The notes under the pieces are model-generated. The model saw nothing but the letters and a program-made list of their open reading frames with translations. It was not told the origin of the DNA and did not search any database. 64,000 nucleotides of DNA from contig NC_045138.2 of the NCBI RefSeq assembly GCF_008831285.2, forward strand, positions 37,572,001-37,636,000, read 5' to 3'. The position numbers were made by a program, and so were the translations under genes. This document shows positions 51,392 to 64,000 of this stretch, one piece after another (the first letter of the stretch is position 1; each line of letters begins with the position of its first letter). Origin of the DNA: Nymphaea colorata. Taxonomy: Eukaryota.

Positions 51392-54300
51392 ATGTCGGGG
51401 AGCAAGGATAACCGCAACCCTGGCCTTCCTGCCGGTGCTAGGGAGAAGAGGTTACTGAGAGAAAGAGAAGTTGGGAATTTTAACAGAGGAACAGATTCGG
51501 GGGATAAGACTCTGAAAGCGGTAGCAGCTACCGTCGGAAATTCGTCTGGCGGTAGACGCGGCAGTCTGTTGGTCGTAGCTAACCGGCTTCCGGTCTCCGC
51601 CACCAAGACAGGAAATGATTCGTGGTCGTTGAAGATGAACTCTGGAGGTCTGGTCAGCGCTCTTCTTGGTAAGAAGAAACCTGAACTCCTTGATTCCCAT
51701 GGCGCCTCCTTTTGTTTCATTCCTTTGTCGTAGCTTCTGTCCTGTCGTGTCAACAAAAGTGGGAGGGAGGAGCGGCACGTTTGTGTTGGGTCTCACGGCC
51801 TTGGTGCTAAAAGGACCAGAAATTTTCATTACAACGTCTATAAACCGCCGTCCCATTATAGCATTGCTAATGTCAATACAGTGACTGCTTGTTAGCGACC
51901 AAAGGGCTGCACTCGCTTGAAAAAACTTGATTTGAGCTTGGCTTGTAAATCAAAATTAAGTTTGATTTATAAGTGGAGCTCGAGTTTAAATTTATACTCG
52001 AAATATTCAACGAGTTTGATTTATCTGTGTTCGTTCATTTTTCAAATTTTGGGCGGAGGCCAAGTTTTTAAATTTTTTTGCCAAGGGGTTCCATTTATTT
52101 TTCAAAATTTATATGGGGCCAAATATGAAATTTTTTGACATAATTAGATGACAAACCTTTTTTCTAAATTGGAAAGGGGCTACTGCCCCACCTTAAGTGC
52201 GAGGTGTGTGCATCATTTTGCAAAAAACATGTTATAGGTACAGAAATGTAAATAGAAATTAGTAAATACCTAACCACTTGGAATAGATAAAAACAAGTCC
52301 TACTAAAAATAATTTGAAAGTATTTTATTTGTAATGTAACATTATAAATATAATCTAAAGAGTGACCTCGTAACAAACATGCATTAGGTTAGTCATTTTT
52401 TATTTTAATAATATTTTTAATAATAAAAAAATGAACAACTCTCAGCTTATAAATCTTATAGTAGAAAACCCAATTTTTTTTTTTTATAAAAATAACTTGA
52501 ACCGGCAGATTATTCAGTATGATACGCCATTACTTGTATGGGGAATTGCATTAGCTTTACAACTGCGACTTCGACGCTACAGCCCCACTACACACTGTTT
52601 ATTTTCTACTACTACTGATTTTCTTTCTGATGCGGAAGGTTTTCTCTCCGTTGCCGCCTTTGGAGAAGTAAGCAATCGTTTTAAATGTTTACGTTGTAGG
52701 TGTGAAACAGTTCGAGGCCATCGGATGGGCTGGTGTTCATGTGCCTGATGAAATAGGTCGGAAGACTCTCTCCAAAGCGTTATCAAAGAAGGTCTTGTCC
52801 AGAAAATCATCTACTCTTCATGTAGTTTCTGTTAGGCAATTATAGATGTTCCCGTCTTTCGATTTCAGCTTTGGTTAGATGAGGATTACCTTTCTTGGGA
52901 TCTTTCTGCCTGACACGATCCTTCTGAATTCTTGACCTCCACGATTTTCTTGATTATTCTCATGCAGGGGGTTCGTGCCTGTTTTTCTTGACCTTCTGAA
53001 AATCAGCTTTGTTTTTCTCATGCAGGGGGTTTGTGGCCTCTCTTTCACTACCTTGGTCTTCCCAAGACGGTCGTCTTGCTACCACCTGCAGTTTTCAGTC
53101 CCAGTTCGACGCATATAAGAAGGCCAACCAAATGTTTGCTGATGTGGTGTATGAACATTATCAAGAAGGAGACGTGGTGTGGTGCCATTATTATCATCTC
53201 ATGTTTCTGCCTAAATACCTTAAGGAGAGGAACATCCAGATCAGAGTTGGTTGGTTTCTTCATACACCTTTTCCTTCATCCGAGATCTATAGGACGCTTC
53301 CGTCCCGTTCAGAAATATTAAGATCTGTTCCTGCTGCTGACTTACTTGTGTAAGCAATATGTGCCAATAAAAAATGGCGAGTCCAGTTTTATGATAATCT
53401 GGGTGCATCCTTTTATCGGTAATGAAAGGGAGTCACGAGATTTTCTAAATTTGGTAATCTAGACTATGGTGTTTCATATCTACTTCTTATTAGATGTTTA
53501 ACTGCATAGATCTATCCTAGTCTCTCTGAGAACCCTTGTTGCATTTCAAGCGAACATTCCATCTTTTATGCATGAAAGGATCGTTTATTTTTGCTTATTT
53601 CTTATGTCTAAATGCCGAAGACTACGAACTAGGACGGACAAAATTTCTTATTTACAAATCTAGGCCATTCTCCTAATAGCATTGGCGATTACCATAAAAT
53701 TATTTAGATAGTCAAGAAATGAGCGCCTTGTGCTTTAGAGAAAGACAAAATGAATTACATAGATAGGATCTTAGGACACAAAATCTAGAAGCAGACAAGA
53801 GCCCCTGCAAAATGACAAATGCTGTTGTCATTTCCTTAATCAGCAGAAGGAGAGACAAACATGAGTTACATGACATTGTGGTGAGGCATGACAAACATTA
53901 GAATGTATACCAGCCTGAATTCTTGGACCTTTTCTCTGTACGAAGACCTGGTTTAGTTCCAATTCATCAATTCTGCAGAAAAAGGGATTTTGTTTGTGAA
54001 TAATATCCTGAAGCCTCATCAACAAACTGTACTCACAGGGCTTGGCAGATGTGGCACTTTACACAGACATGTATCTTTGGTCTCCACTTGTTTCAGGAAT
54101 TATAAAACGGAGAAGGACGTTGTCAGAATCTCATCTAGTACTTTCCAATAAGCCAACAATTGTTCTGCCTGATCATATCCATGCATAGATACTTTTTTAG
54201 GGAAAACATCATGAACTCTATGGAAAAGAAAAGTTTTAGGACCAATACAAGCTAAGCTTGACTTTTTCAGCTTGTTAGCTAAGCCCTTAGAATTTGAATT

Positions 54301-55637
54301 CTACGTGGGAAGCCATCTTCCAGTGGGTCATATAACTGTCAATAGATTTGCCAAAAGAAAAAAAGGAAAGGCAAAGCCATTGAATAGATTGTGAGTAATC
54401 CTGCACTGACATGTCACAGACTTTGGCTTCTCTCAGACTAAAGCGGATTATCCATTTAATTGATTGATTGATTGAATCAGGCTGTTACCTGTGAGGAAAG
54501 AAGAATAGGTGTGAACTTCCAAACGAGATGTTCCCTCACAGGTTCTACATAAGATAGTTCAAACAGATCAACATAACTTTTTGCTGTTAAAATCTGATTC
54601 TTATGCTCCTAAACTGGCTACATCATACTTTATTTGTACCGCTCCTTGTGACGTAATAAGGTCATAAGGGGTATTATATCGCATGTACCTTTTACATTAT
54701 AGGACCACGTAATTTTGGAATTATCATAGTGCTAGGAAAATTAGTCAGTCAATCTGGTTTAGTCAGCGACCTTACAGGTTGTTGAAAGTGTAGTGCATTT
54801 GTTTTCCAAATCTCCTCAATATTCTTGTGATGAAAGTCATCTCCTTTTGAAGTTTCTAACGTTTCTTTTGCCATTTTAACTTTATGAAATTTTGTCTAAA
54901 GCTTTCACACATGATTTTGTGAGACATTTCGTTCATGCTTGCACGCGTATACTTGGACCGCACACCACAAGGTGTGGAGGATCAGGGGAAGCTAACCCGT
55001 GTTACTGTGGTACTGTTTTTTGCTCATTTACTGCTCTGTTGCTGTGTTAATGTTGACCACTGAAGTCTTTTGGATGTTTTATCTGCAGTTTTTGCCTTTT
55101 CATTCGCCTATTTTTGTTCACATGTTTATCCATGCATTACTTGTTTCCTGATTATTTAGTGGTTACTGTTTTTCAAAGTTTGGAATTTTGTTATGCTCTG
55201 TTTTTATGTAAGGTTATTCTGTATGATGTGACAATCTGTATCTTGTTGTTTTTCTTTTTTTTTTTGCATATGCGAGTTTCCTATTGGAATAGACCCAGAG
55301 AAGTTTATTCAGAATTTCAGAGACTTAAGCTTCCACAGGTCCCTGAGCATAACAGAGAGTTAAAAGAGCAATTTGCTGGAAGAAAGGTGAACTCTGTTCT
55401 CTTAAAACTGAAGTGCATGAAAACGATTTGGGAAATATTTTTCATTTTATTGTTTTCCACATGGAATTTCATGTTTCCATTGGGCAGGTAATTCTGGGTG
55501 TTGATCGACTTGACATGATTGAAGAACTCCTCAGAAGATATTCGCTTTTGAAAAGTTTCTTCAGGAAAATCCTCATTGGCATGGCAAAGTTGTTCTATTG
55601 CAAATAGCTGTTCCTTCAAGGACGGACGTTCCGGAAT
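51392..55637 (+). pseudogene. TPS1: Class I trehalose-6-phosphate synthase (TPS1-like) pseudogene, 3'-truncated
   Basis: Exon-like segments: 51392-51668 (RLLRERE, LLVVANRLPVSA, SGGLVSALL|GTAAG); 52700-52791 (GVKQFEA--IGWAGVHVPDEIG); 52968-53349 (PVFLD..LWPLFHYLGLP, ANQMFADVV, WCHYYHLMFLP, VGWFLHTPFPSSEI); 54902-55009 (FHT..RHFV.ACTRILG, GVEDQG); 55277-55386 (FPIGID..FAGRK); 55488-55637 (VILGVDRLDMI..AFEKFL..KVVLLQIAVPSRTDVPE). Exons 3-6 all carry frameshifts, HDYH is changed to HYYH, and the YYNGYCN motif is deleted. No downstream TPS/TPP exons were recognised. Confidence 0.9.
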
Positions 55638-55899
55638 GTATGTTTTGCTTCAAACTTGTATCCTTTTCAGTAGATGTAGGTTTTCTACTTTTGTTTGCTA
55701 ATAGTCCCAAGTGTTATACATCATAGTTTCTAGTTTGTCCATGGATGAAGAAAAATACTTTTTTGTGTGTCTCAGTTTCCTTTGCTGAGGAAACACTTCT
55801 TTCTGTTTCATGATTAGTTACAATGAAAAAAATCAGCTACTGCATTCTATGTTTTTCACAAATAGCATTGTCTAATTATTTCACGTGTCATATCAGTTG

Positions 55900-55933
55900 T
55901 TCAGATAAGTAGATGCTAAACTACTTATCTGAA
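55900..55933. repeat. Perfect 13-bp inverted repeat (hairpin)
   Basis: TTCAGATAAGTAG-ATGCTAAA-CTACTTATCTGAA. Confidence 0.85.
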
Positions 55934-57424
55934 GATATTGACCTGCTTGTGGCTTAAATGGTCATCATTCTAATGAGATCTTGCTGTGGCATATTATAGA
56001 GGTTATCTATTGAGAAGTACATGCAACTTCAGAATTTTTGATGCTTTAGTAGTTATGTTGACTTTTAGATTACATTTTGCGTTGTTTCTATGTAGATGAT
56101 CTTCTTCTTTGCACAGATATCATCTTCTGTCATAAATCTTCACACATACGTGCAATTTTATTAGTTGGTTTGTGCGGTTAACTTTATGATTTTGATTCTT
56201 CAAATTCCCTTCAGTTTTCACAGAATTGAAAAAGTCTAAATGTTGAATCACCTTGCACTACATAATATTTACCATCAACTTCCTACCATGCTTTAACTCT
56301 GGCCGATGTCTAAGTTTACTCAACTTCTAAACCAATTTCCATGTTTTGCTTCTGTTGTCTACATCTGGGTAAATGCATGTGCCACATGCTTTAACTCTGG
56401 CTCTGCTGTTTACAGAACACATTTCTTTTGTGTCTTTCCATCTTGCCGATGGCTTGGTTGATCACCTTGTTATACATGTATATAGTGTTGAATGACATTC
56501 AAATCAAATTGTACTTAAGCTGAGTGAGGGATTCAGCAACTGTAATATTTATAAATGAGTATTATAATCGCTTGATGTGCCAGTAGTTTTTACACTTAAT
56601 GTTCTGTTTAATGGTTGGCCGAGTATAGTAAGCTTAGGAATCACAATCATACAACCTCCTGTGGAGGCTTACTCGTGTTTAAGGCCCAATATATTAGATG
56701 GCTAAGATCTGTTCTCTTACTGGCCTACAGAAATCAGAAGGCTGCCTGGCTTTCCACTTTTATAGGTTGTCATATCTTGTCTAATTTCTCTGCATGAGAT
56801 AGGATGAGAGTGTAGGAAAGGTGTTCTATCACAAGATTCCTTTTCATATTTTTTTTGTTAACTATGAGAAAATGAAAGAAAAAATTATTACCATGCTTTG
56901 TAGTTTGGCCACAATCATTGGCGTAGATCGAACCGTCCTTGTGTGTCTTGAGTATAGAAACACATATATCAGAGCTTACGCAAATTTGTCTTTATATGTG
57001 TGAGTGTGTAAGAGCTTACATACATTTGTCTTTATGTGTCTGAGTGTGCGGATGAAGCAAGGTTTGGACACCATACAAACACTCCTGAGCATGAACTGGT
57101 GTTACTTTTTTTCCGAAGAGTTGTCAAGAAAGTAGGAATGGCTGGATCTATAACGAATGATGGTATCAGGGCGTGTGATACATGTTTAGCAACTGACCTC
57201 CATATGAATTAGTAACAGTTATGTACAAAAGTTCCCATCTCGGATTCATCTAGAAGCCACGCAAAATATGTTCACTGCCTAGTATGTGTGTCACTCTTTC
57301 ATGTATAGACAAGCCTACCACCAGATGCAATGGTATCAATGCGACTGCCCAGAAATGTCTTACATGGAATACTCGACGCTGCGGAGAACGAGCTGAACGA
57401 TTATCATTTTGATACATACTAGTG

Positions 57425-57605
57425 TCTCTTACCTACCATTTCTCTCAAATCTCACCCTTTTCTGATTTTCCTTTCATAACCATCCTCATACCTCTCCACC
57501 CGAGCATATTGATAGATGCTAGAGAAGGAAATGAACTGGTTTTGCATCCAAAAATGGAATTATACATATATTTCAGATTGTCCAAAAATGTATTGGCAGA
57601 AAAAA
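57425..57605 (+). repeat. Dispersed repeat copy homologous to ~33200-33385
   Basis: Shared blocks CCTACCATTTCTCT, CCTCTCCACCC.AGCAT, CTAGAGAAGGAAA..GAACTGGT and TGTCCAAAAATGTATTGGCAGAAA. Confidence 0.75.
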
Positions 57606-60004
57606 AAAATCATATTTGTCTAAAAATATTTGCTTCGCAATTAAGTTGCCCTAGAGCTTCTCCTGTGCAGATCATTCAAGCACTAAATCTACTCCACCTT
57701 CCTCGAGCATGATAATGGGTAAGAGCTAATCTTACAAACTATGGTAAGCTTCGCAAAAAAATTGGCGCATTTTGAATTGCTGAGAGCAAGCCATGAGCAA
57801 GAAACAAATAAGAGGTGTTGAAATTTAAAATTTTCTGTTATTTATCTTATTCCTTGACAAAGTTAACGAACTTGGGTCCTTCGTAACTGGCTCATATGTC
57901 ATGCACTAATAAGCAGAGAGAGAGAGAGAGAGAGAGCCTCATTCAAGTCGAACTCCCTTTAGCTAGAGGCCGAGTACACAAGTCATACAATGCAGAATAG
58001 ATTAAGCAGCCGGCATTGTTGAAAAACGATCAAATCCCTCCGACCTATTGATGATGATCAAGTCATTTCTGTGTAGCTTCATCCGCACATTTGTAGGCGT
58101 GAAGGAGTTTTCCTGTAATGCCTTGGGATTAATCTCAAAATCATGTATCCACTTTCACATCCAAAAGACTACTGGTCCAGGAGGCATATGAATTGGACTA
58201 GGCAAACCGAGATATGCGCAAGTGCTTTTGAATTGATTCAAACGTTTTGAGCTGCTTATTTTGTGCTTCAAATTTGGTTGCATTTAGTCTTTTATTGTCA
58301 ACAATCATGTTTATGTGAATCAGAAATTGTTGCATTTTCATGTCATAATTTTTTCTGTGGCAAGTCAAGGATGGATTCATACATGTGTAGCTTTGATAAA
58401 ACGGGCTCGTGAATACTCCATTATTTTAAAGGCAATAAGAATGTCACTGTAAGATTGTAGATAAATCTTCTGTTGGATCCAGTAAGAGGAGTGTATGAAA
58501 TAGTTGAACATTGAAGTTCTAAGATGTTCTTAGTGCAATGAATGATTTTAAATGCATTTCCCTTGCGATACATGGGGTCCAGATTGTACAAGTTCGAGCC
58601 CATGTTCGGGCCACAAGATAGAAGTTAGGTGTAGTCTTCATGAGTTTCGCCAACCAAAGGCTGGCTTGTTAGTGTACTATTGACGATTCCATGGCATATC
58701 AGGTTCCCGGACCAATGGTGGTCCTATGTGCATGGGTTTCCTGTGAGGGGGAAATCTTTTTTGTGATCCAAAGCATGCAAAAGACAAGCAGAAAATTTGG
58801 ATTATCCATTTGGAAGCAGTGGACCAGATCCAATCCGAATCAGAGCTATTAGAGCACATGCTGGAACACTGCACTGCACCGAAGTGGGCCTGTTACAGTC
58901 TTTTGTTCTTCCCTTGCATGCCTTTTTGTCTAGGACATTGATCCACACTTGTTTGTTTCAAAATTTCGAAGACCATTCTGGATCCCTTCAGTTTGGATTT
59001 GATAGTCCTTCACTTGAGTTGAGAGTTTTCGAAGACCAATGGGCTGACCATGGTTCTAAGAAACCAAGGGTTTAGGGTTTTGCTTTGTTATCAACTGAAA
59101 TCTCAAAGATTGCAGGCCAATTAAGTTACTGTATAATTTTCTTTTACAAAAGGGGGGAAGGCCTATCAATCCATGTCAGAGAATCTGGGTTCAGCTATTA
59201 CTTTCAACCATGCAGGGAGAAAAAAGCATCTGAAATGTGGCAGGCCGCACCCCACATCAGGTCAGACCCAATTTCCAATCAGCCTGGTCTGGCCCTTTTT
59301 CCAGATCCTATATCTGAACCGAATCTCCTTTATAAAGGAGGCTAAAACCCCCCTTCCCCTTCCATCTCCCCTACCCCAAAACCCAGACGTGGGTCAAGTG
59401 CAGGTGCCATCCACAGCGACACTGTCTCTCTCTCTGCCACCCAAGCCTTTGGAGGTGACAAGTTGATCGAATTCATGGCACAAGGAATTGCAGAATATGT
59501 TCCTCAACCGCCATCATATGCATTCCTCTTCAATTTGAATCCTGATGCACCACTAGCTCTCCTCTTGAAGACCGCCTTTACTCGGTGTCTTCCATATGCC
59601 TCAACTTTAGAGAGTGCCAAGATCTTACCCCTGTGCCCACTTCCTCTTGTTCCCTTAATCTTGCTCGCTACTCTCATTACACTCTCAGATTTTAAAGGAT
59701 ACAGGTAGGGCAGCATGTATGTGCTATGGGGGTGGTAATAATGAAAAGTACCTAACTGATGAGGTGAAATGCGCATTAATAAATCCATTTTGATTCACTT
59801 CAGTGTTTCTGACCCAAAAGATTCACTTGTAGTTTTCAGGTCTAAGAATGAAGGATGCCCACATTGAATGGTGGCCCCTCTGCTTTACTTTCTTTATCAT
59901 ACACAACAAAAATCTCTCAGATATTCTAGGTAGAGCCCCCCATCTGTGTCACATGCAGGAGCATTGAGTTTACAAAAGAAAAAACACTCCTTCTGACTTC
60001 TTAT

Positions 60005-60301
60005 TAGGACTGCACATGACCGAGGAAAAACCTGAGCTTGAGTCGAGCTCTATAGAACATGCTCGAGCTCGACTCATTTAACTTGTTTTTTGTTAAGCCT
60101 GTCTCTTTTTTTTTTTTAACTCGTTTAATTGTTTAGTTGCTACTAGTTTAAATATTCTTCATTATATTTCTGCATTTATTATGTAGTCGAGCCAAGTCGA
60201 GTTCTTGCAACTCGAGTTTAACATTTCAAGCATACATTCGAGTTCAAGCTCATCTGAGTTTTGATGAGCGAGTGCGAGTTGACTTGACTCATTGTGCCCT
60301 A
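60005..60301. mobile_element. hAT-like MITE (GAGCTCGAG type)
   Basis: Ends TAGGACTGCACATGAC / GACTCATTGTGCCCTA; flanks cttcttat / tctcttat (6/8 TSD); TCGAG subrepeats. Confidence 0.65.
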
Positions 60302-60802
60302 TCTCTTATATAACGTGCTCCCAACGAAATATATTTACATAATATTATACGAAGTATCTTTTTCTCTTTTTCTCGATCCCTCAACTATTTCATCATCAAT
60401 TCTTTAGGGAGGATACCTTCGTCAATAGTTCTCCCGATATTTTCTAGTGTTGAGAGGTGAGCACTGAGGTTGGTATAGGCCTGCGACAGATTTAGCACCA
60501 TTGCTTCTTGATCGAATATAAATAAACAATCAAAGCACATGGAACCATCTAGCTATCTCGAGTATAAATGTTGGCGCAACTATTTATGTGATCCACAGTA
60601 TCATGCTTTTGAAAAGGAGATATCCAATGCCAGGAGATTTGCTTTCCCTTTTATGATCACTTGCTTTGCTATTCTGCCTCATCAGAGAAAAGGGGAGTAT
60701 AATGGACCATAACATATATAGCTCTTCTCTTCCCAAAAGGCCATATATTGTTCTCTCAAGCACATGTTTAGGTGAGCCTCATTGAGGAAAATGGTTGCAT
60801 GA

Positions 60803-60835
<33 letters not shown>

Positions 60836-61004
60836 AAGAGAGAGAGAGAGAGAAATCCCTTCCTTCCTCCTGTATTTTTTATTTGGAAAAAACCACCCCG
60901 AATTAAGTGACTTCATTGTTTGCCGGTGTGTAAAATTCTCAAGGCAGTTTTTTTGCCCTCAAATTCTTTACATGTATTGGCTTTTGCAAAAGGCTAGCAC
61001 CACT

Positions 61005-61183
61005 CACTAGCAGAGCCAAAAAAAATTTTGGTGGAAGTACTCATTTCAATACCTTTAATTTCTTTAGGGCACTTACATGTATAACAATCAAACATATCAA
61101 AACATCAACATATATATTAAACTAATTTTGTCAGGCTGGTGTGGGCAACTGCCCACACCAGCCACCATGTGGCTACACGACTG
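61005..61183. mobile_element. hAT-type MITE
   Basis: Ends CACTAGCAGAGCCA / TGGCTACACGACTG; flanks gcaccact / acaccact (7/8 TSD). Confidence 0.7.
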
Positions 61184-62930
61184 ACACCACTTAGATTTTA
61201 ACCAATGACTGTCCACCTACCAGCTGCTGACGGAGCTCGTTTTCCGGCACTCTTCAAGGCACCTTCCTTCCTCCAACCTTGGAGGAGAGCACACAAGAAA
61301 AGCAGGTCAAACATCTCTCTCCTTCCCTAACTACGTCTCTCATAAGTCTATGGCTGGCAGCATGTTGTCACCTGTCAGGCAGGTCTAGGACCACTTCTTA
61401 TTGCGTCTGCTTTGTTGTTGGTGGCAACATGGACCAAGGCCTTGTACTCTTGTAAGCACCATCTGAGATGCACATTCTCTTGCCCATGTGGGCTTTATTT
61501 GGTGTTTGGAATATTAGACGTGAGCCCTTCTTTTTGGCCAATGGATGGAGAAGCAGCGTTTGGCGTGTGAAAAGCACGGCCGCTCATGTGCTGCCTTTTT
61601 TGAACTTTCTTGGTCCATTTAATGCCACCCATTTGTGAATTTGACTACTAGTGAAGGAAGTAGCCTTTTTGGTGTTTCTTCCACCGCCTGAAGCACTTGG
61701 TTTGCATGAGATAAACGAGGGATTTATTCTCCAACTCCTTTTCAAATGAAAGGGAAGACCAAGAAAACAACCACAAACAAACGCCATTTCCATTATCTTC
61801 CTCTTGGGTCGATCCATCGTGACTTCACTATTTCTCTGGCAGATCATGTCGTTATTAGTCCGACAAAAAACAAATTATTCAACAAGAATTTGGATGTTAT
61901 ATATGTGATTGTTCTTTTTTCTTTTCCTTTTTATATTTCTGTAACAACTCGACTCACTCTTGAGCTCGAGCTCTTGGTTCGACGGATCTCAATCCACCTC
62001 GTTAAATGAACTGAACTCGAGTTAGATGAGTCCAGTTCATTCAAGTTCAGTTAATTGAATGTGCTTATGTGACATGTTTTAGTGTTTCTTGTGGGGCTCA
62101 ACGAGTTCCTGCTTCATTTTTTGAAGAAAAAAAAAGAGAGAAAATTTTTAGGTCTTATGAAATTCATGTTCGATAGTAAAGTTTGGTTGCTAATTAGCTT
62201 ATTCATAAAGTATTTTTGTTTTTATGGTTTATACTTAATGCTTTATGACAAGTATGGTTTTCCAAAGACACTTATGTTCATATTAACATTTGGGAACAAT
62301 TTTTCTCATGTAATTTACATGTTGATGTTATTTAAAAATTTAAAATTTATTACTAGTACCAAAAAACTTTTGACTCCGCCAGTTCGTATGCGAGAGAAGA
62401 TGTTCAGCATCACAACAATCTGATCCAATCACTTAAAGCAGGTCTTTTATGCAAAAGGCTTCCCTTATTATCATGCTTTGAGAAAATTTCTTACCTTTTA
62501 GTCAAAATCTTAGTCGCATCACCTTTTCTATATTATTTTTAATGTCATCCTTATCATTTGCATTTATCCAAAATGATTGAAAAAAGAAATTAACGAAACC
62601 ATCTCTTTCATATGTAATGGGCCTGGTTTCTGCCTTAGTTTACTCTCCTATGATTTGATACTCAATAAAGAGTATGATTTTGTAAAATGTTAAAACGGCT
62701 TGCGTTATGTCAAAAATATATTAACATGCAAAAGCCACAAGTGCTAGAAGAAGAACTGTATAAAATAATCACAAGAGACCGCCTTTTCATTAAAAAGGGA
62801 CGAAATAGGGTTCATCTTTATTTCGCATTCGAAACCACGACCTGAGTCCGGAGTCAAGAGACATCATTTCGTTGCGGACCTCCATGTGGGTGCCAATAGA
62901 ATTTGACTTTTCAATCGCTGGCCTAGCGGT

Positions 62931-63243
62931 GAGGGGTGAGTCCTACTCCACTGGTTAGAACTTAGTTCGTGAGCGACTTCAAGCCGAATTTACGTTGAAG
63001 TTGAGTTCACAAGTTGACTTGTTCAAATAATCGAGTTGAGTTTGTGCTCAACACGTATTGTCGAGTTGAGCTCGAGACTTAATCGAGTTTGTCGAGCCTT
63101 AATCAAGTCGATATATTCAAACGAATTTGTCGAACCTTAGTCGAGTTGAGCTCGAGCTGCTTCCATCAAGCTATTCTCGAGCTCGAGGTTTAATTAGTCG
63201 AGCTGACTGAACTCGTGCTCGAATCAACTCATGTTTACCCCAA
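62931..63243 (+). mobile_element. hAT-like MITE, internally deleted relative of 8248-8777
   Basis: Shares GTTCAAATAATCGAGTTGAG, TATTCAAACGA.TTTGTCGA.CCTTA, GAGCTGCTTCCAT...CTATTCTCGAGCTC and the terminal CATGTT(T/C)ACCCC with the 8.3-kb copy. Confidence 0.7.
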
Positions 63244-64000
63244 AGAGAGAGTGTGTGTACGCGTACATTGTGCGGCAGCAGCATCGGAGTTTAGTGAGAA
63301 GATAGTATTCCATCAATTTGGTATGCGTTTCACTATATGACATAGAAATATAACGCCAATAGAAATCAAACTCGCCAACTCTACCAACTATACAATGTTC
63401 GTTATTATATTCTTAAGTTGGGTTATTGTATATTCTTAAGTTGGGTTATTGTAGACAGAAAAATGCAAACTTAGGCTTATTCCGGATGGTTCCTTTCATA
63501 ATCAAAGATGCCAACATCTGGAAAAAGGGTACCCTCCACTTACCCCAGTTGTCATGATGAAAGTGGGCGGCTATTTGCTCCACACCCAGAAAATTTTAAT
63601 ATTTGGGCCATGCCTCTAAAAGGTCTTGAAAATTTTTCTCCTGAGACCTGCTTTCTAGCTATAATTTTAAAACCAAGCCTCATATCTTTTAATTCCTTAT
63701 TGCTCACAACTGCCAAGCAGGAGCATAAGGTTAAATTAAAAATAATAGCTTTTCAAACTTGGGAGGGAGTGTTTAGATGACACCATCATAAGAAAAATTA
63801 TTTTGAAAAACTGTTTCTTTAATTACTTTTTAAAAAGGTGGTTTGTTTGTTTTTTTGTGAATAATGTGGGGGACCAAGTATTCAATCCCTTTTTTGAAAA
63901 CTAAGTTTTTCTCAAGAATCATTTTCGAGAAAGCCTGCTTTGTGTCGTCTAATCAACCCAAAAAAACTGTTTGAGAGACAAAACTTTCCTATCATCCAAA

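Noticed and set aside
57161..57172. TGGTATCAGGGC PBS-like motif
   Set aside because: No adjacent LTR end or polypurine tract.
58560..59460. Possible hAT subterminal remnant with AGGGTTTAGGGTTT
   Set aside because: No TIR or TSD found; two telomere-like units are too few for an interstitial telomere.
61546..61600. TGGAGAAGCAG, matching the first 11 nt of miR164
   Set aside because: The 3' half does not match (CGTTTGGCG) and there is no convincing star arm.

Overview
Flowering-plant nuclear DNA: AT-rich, with spliceosomal GT-AG introns, many (TA)n/(GA)n microsatellites and degenerate MITEs. No prokaryotic features. Four genic loci were read directly from the sequence. (1) The MADS-box exon of an AGAMOUS-subfamily (C/D-class) gene on the minus strand (1317-1498); its large regulatory intron runs off the left edge. 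(2) A complete 5-exon HVA22f-like gene (minus, 14569-17231, 159 aa). (3) A large, apparently uncharacterised 3-exon gene (minus, 24398-36828, ~1257 aa) with an EMF1/HAPLESS8-like 'FSIRE..MRSVDV..CWPF..LPP...KFRWW' N-terminus and an 8.5-kb intron. (4) A class I trehalose-6-phosphate synthase (TPS1-like) pseudogene (plus, 51392-55637), in frame in exons 1-2 but multiply frameshifted and 3'-truncated after that. Intergenic DNA holds several hAT-type MITEs with near-matching 8-bp target-site duplications, a TRIM remnant and tandem repeats. I found no clear-cut new biological system. The best leads are the uncharacterised EMF1-like protein, the asymmetric decay of the TPS1 pseudogene (including a templated filler-DNA lesion), and an antisense promoter-like module in the AG intron. 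Family assignments come from recalled protein motifs, not database searches.
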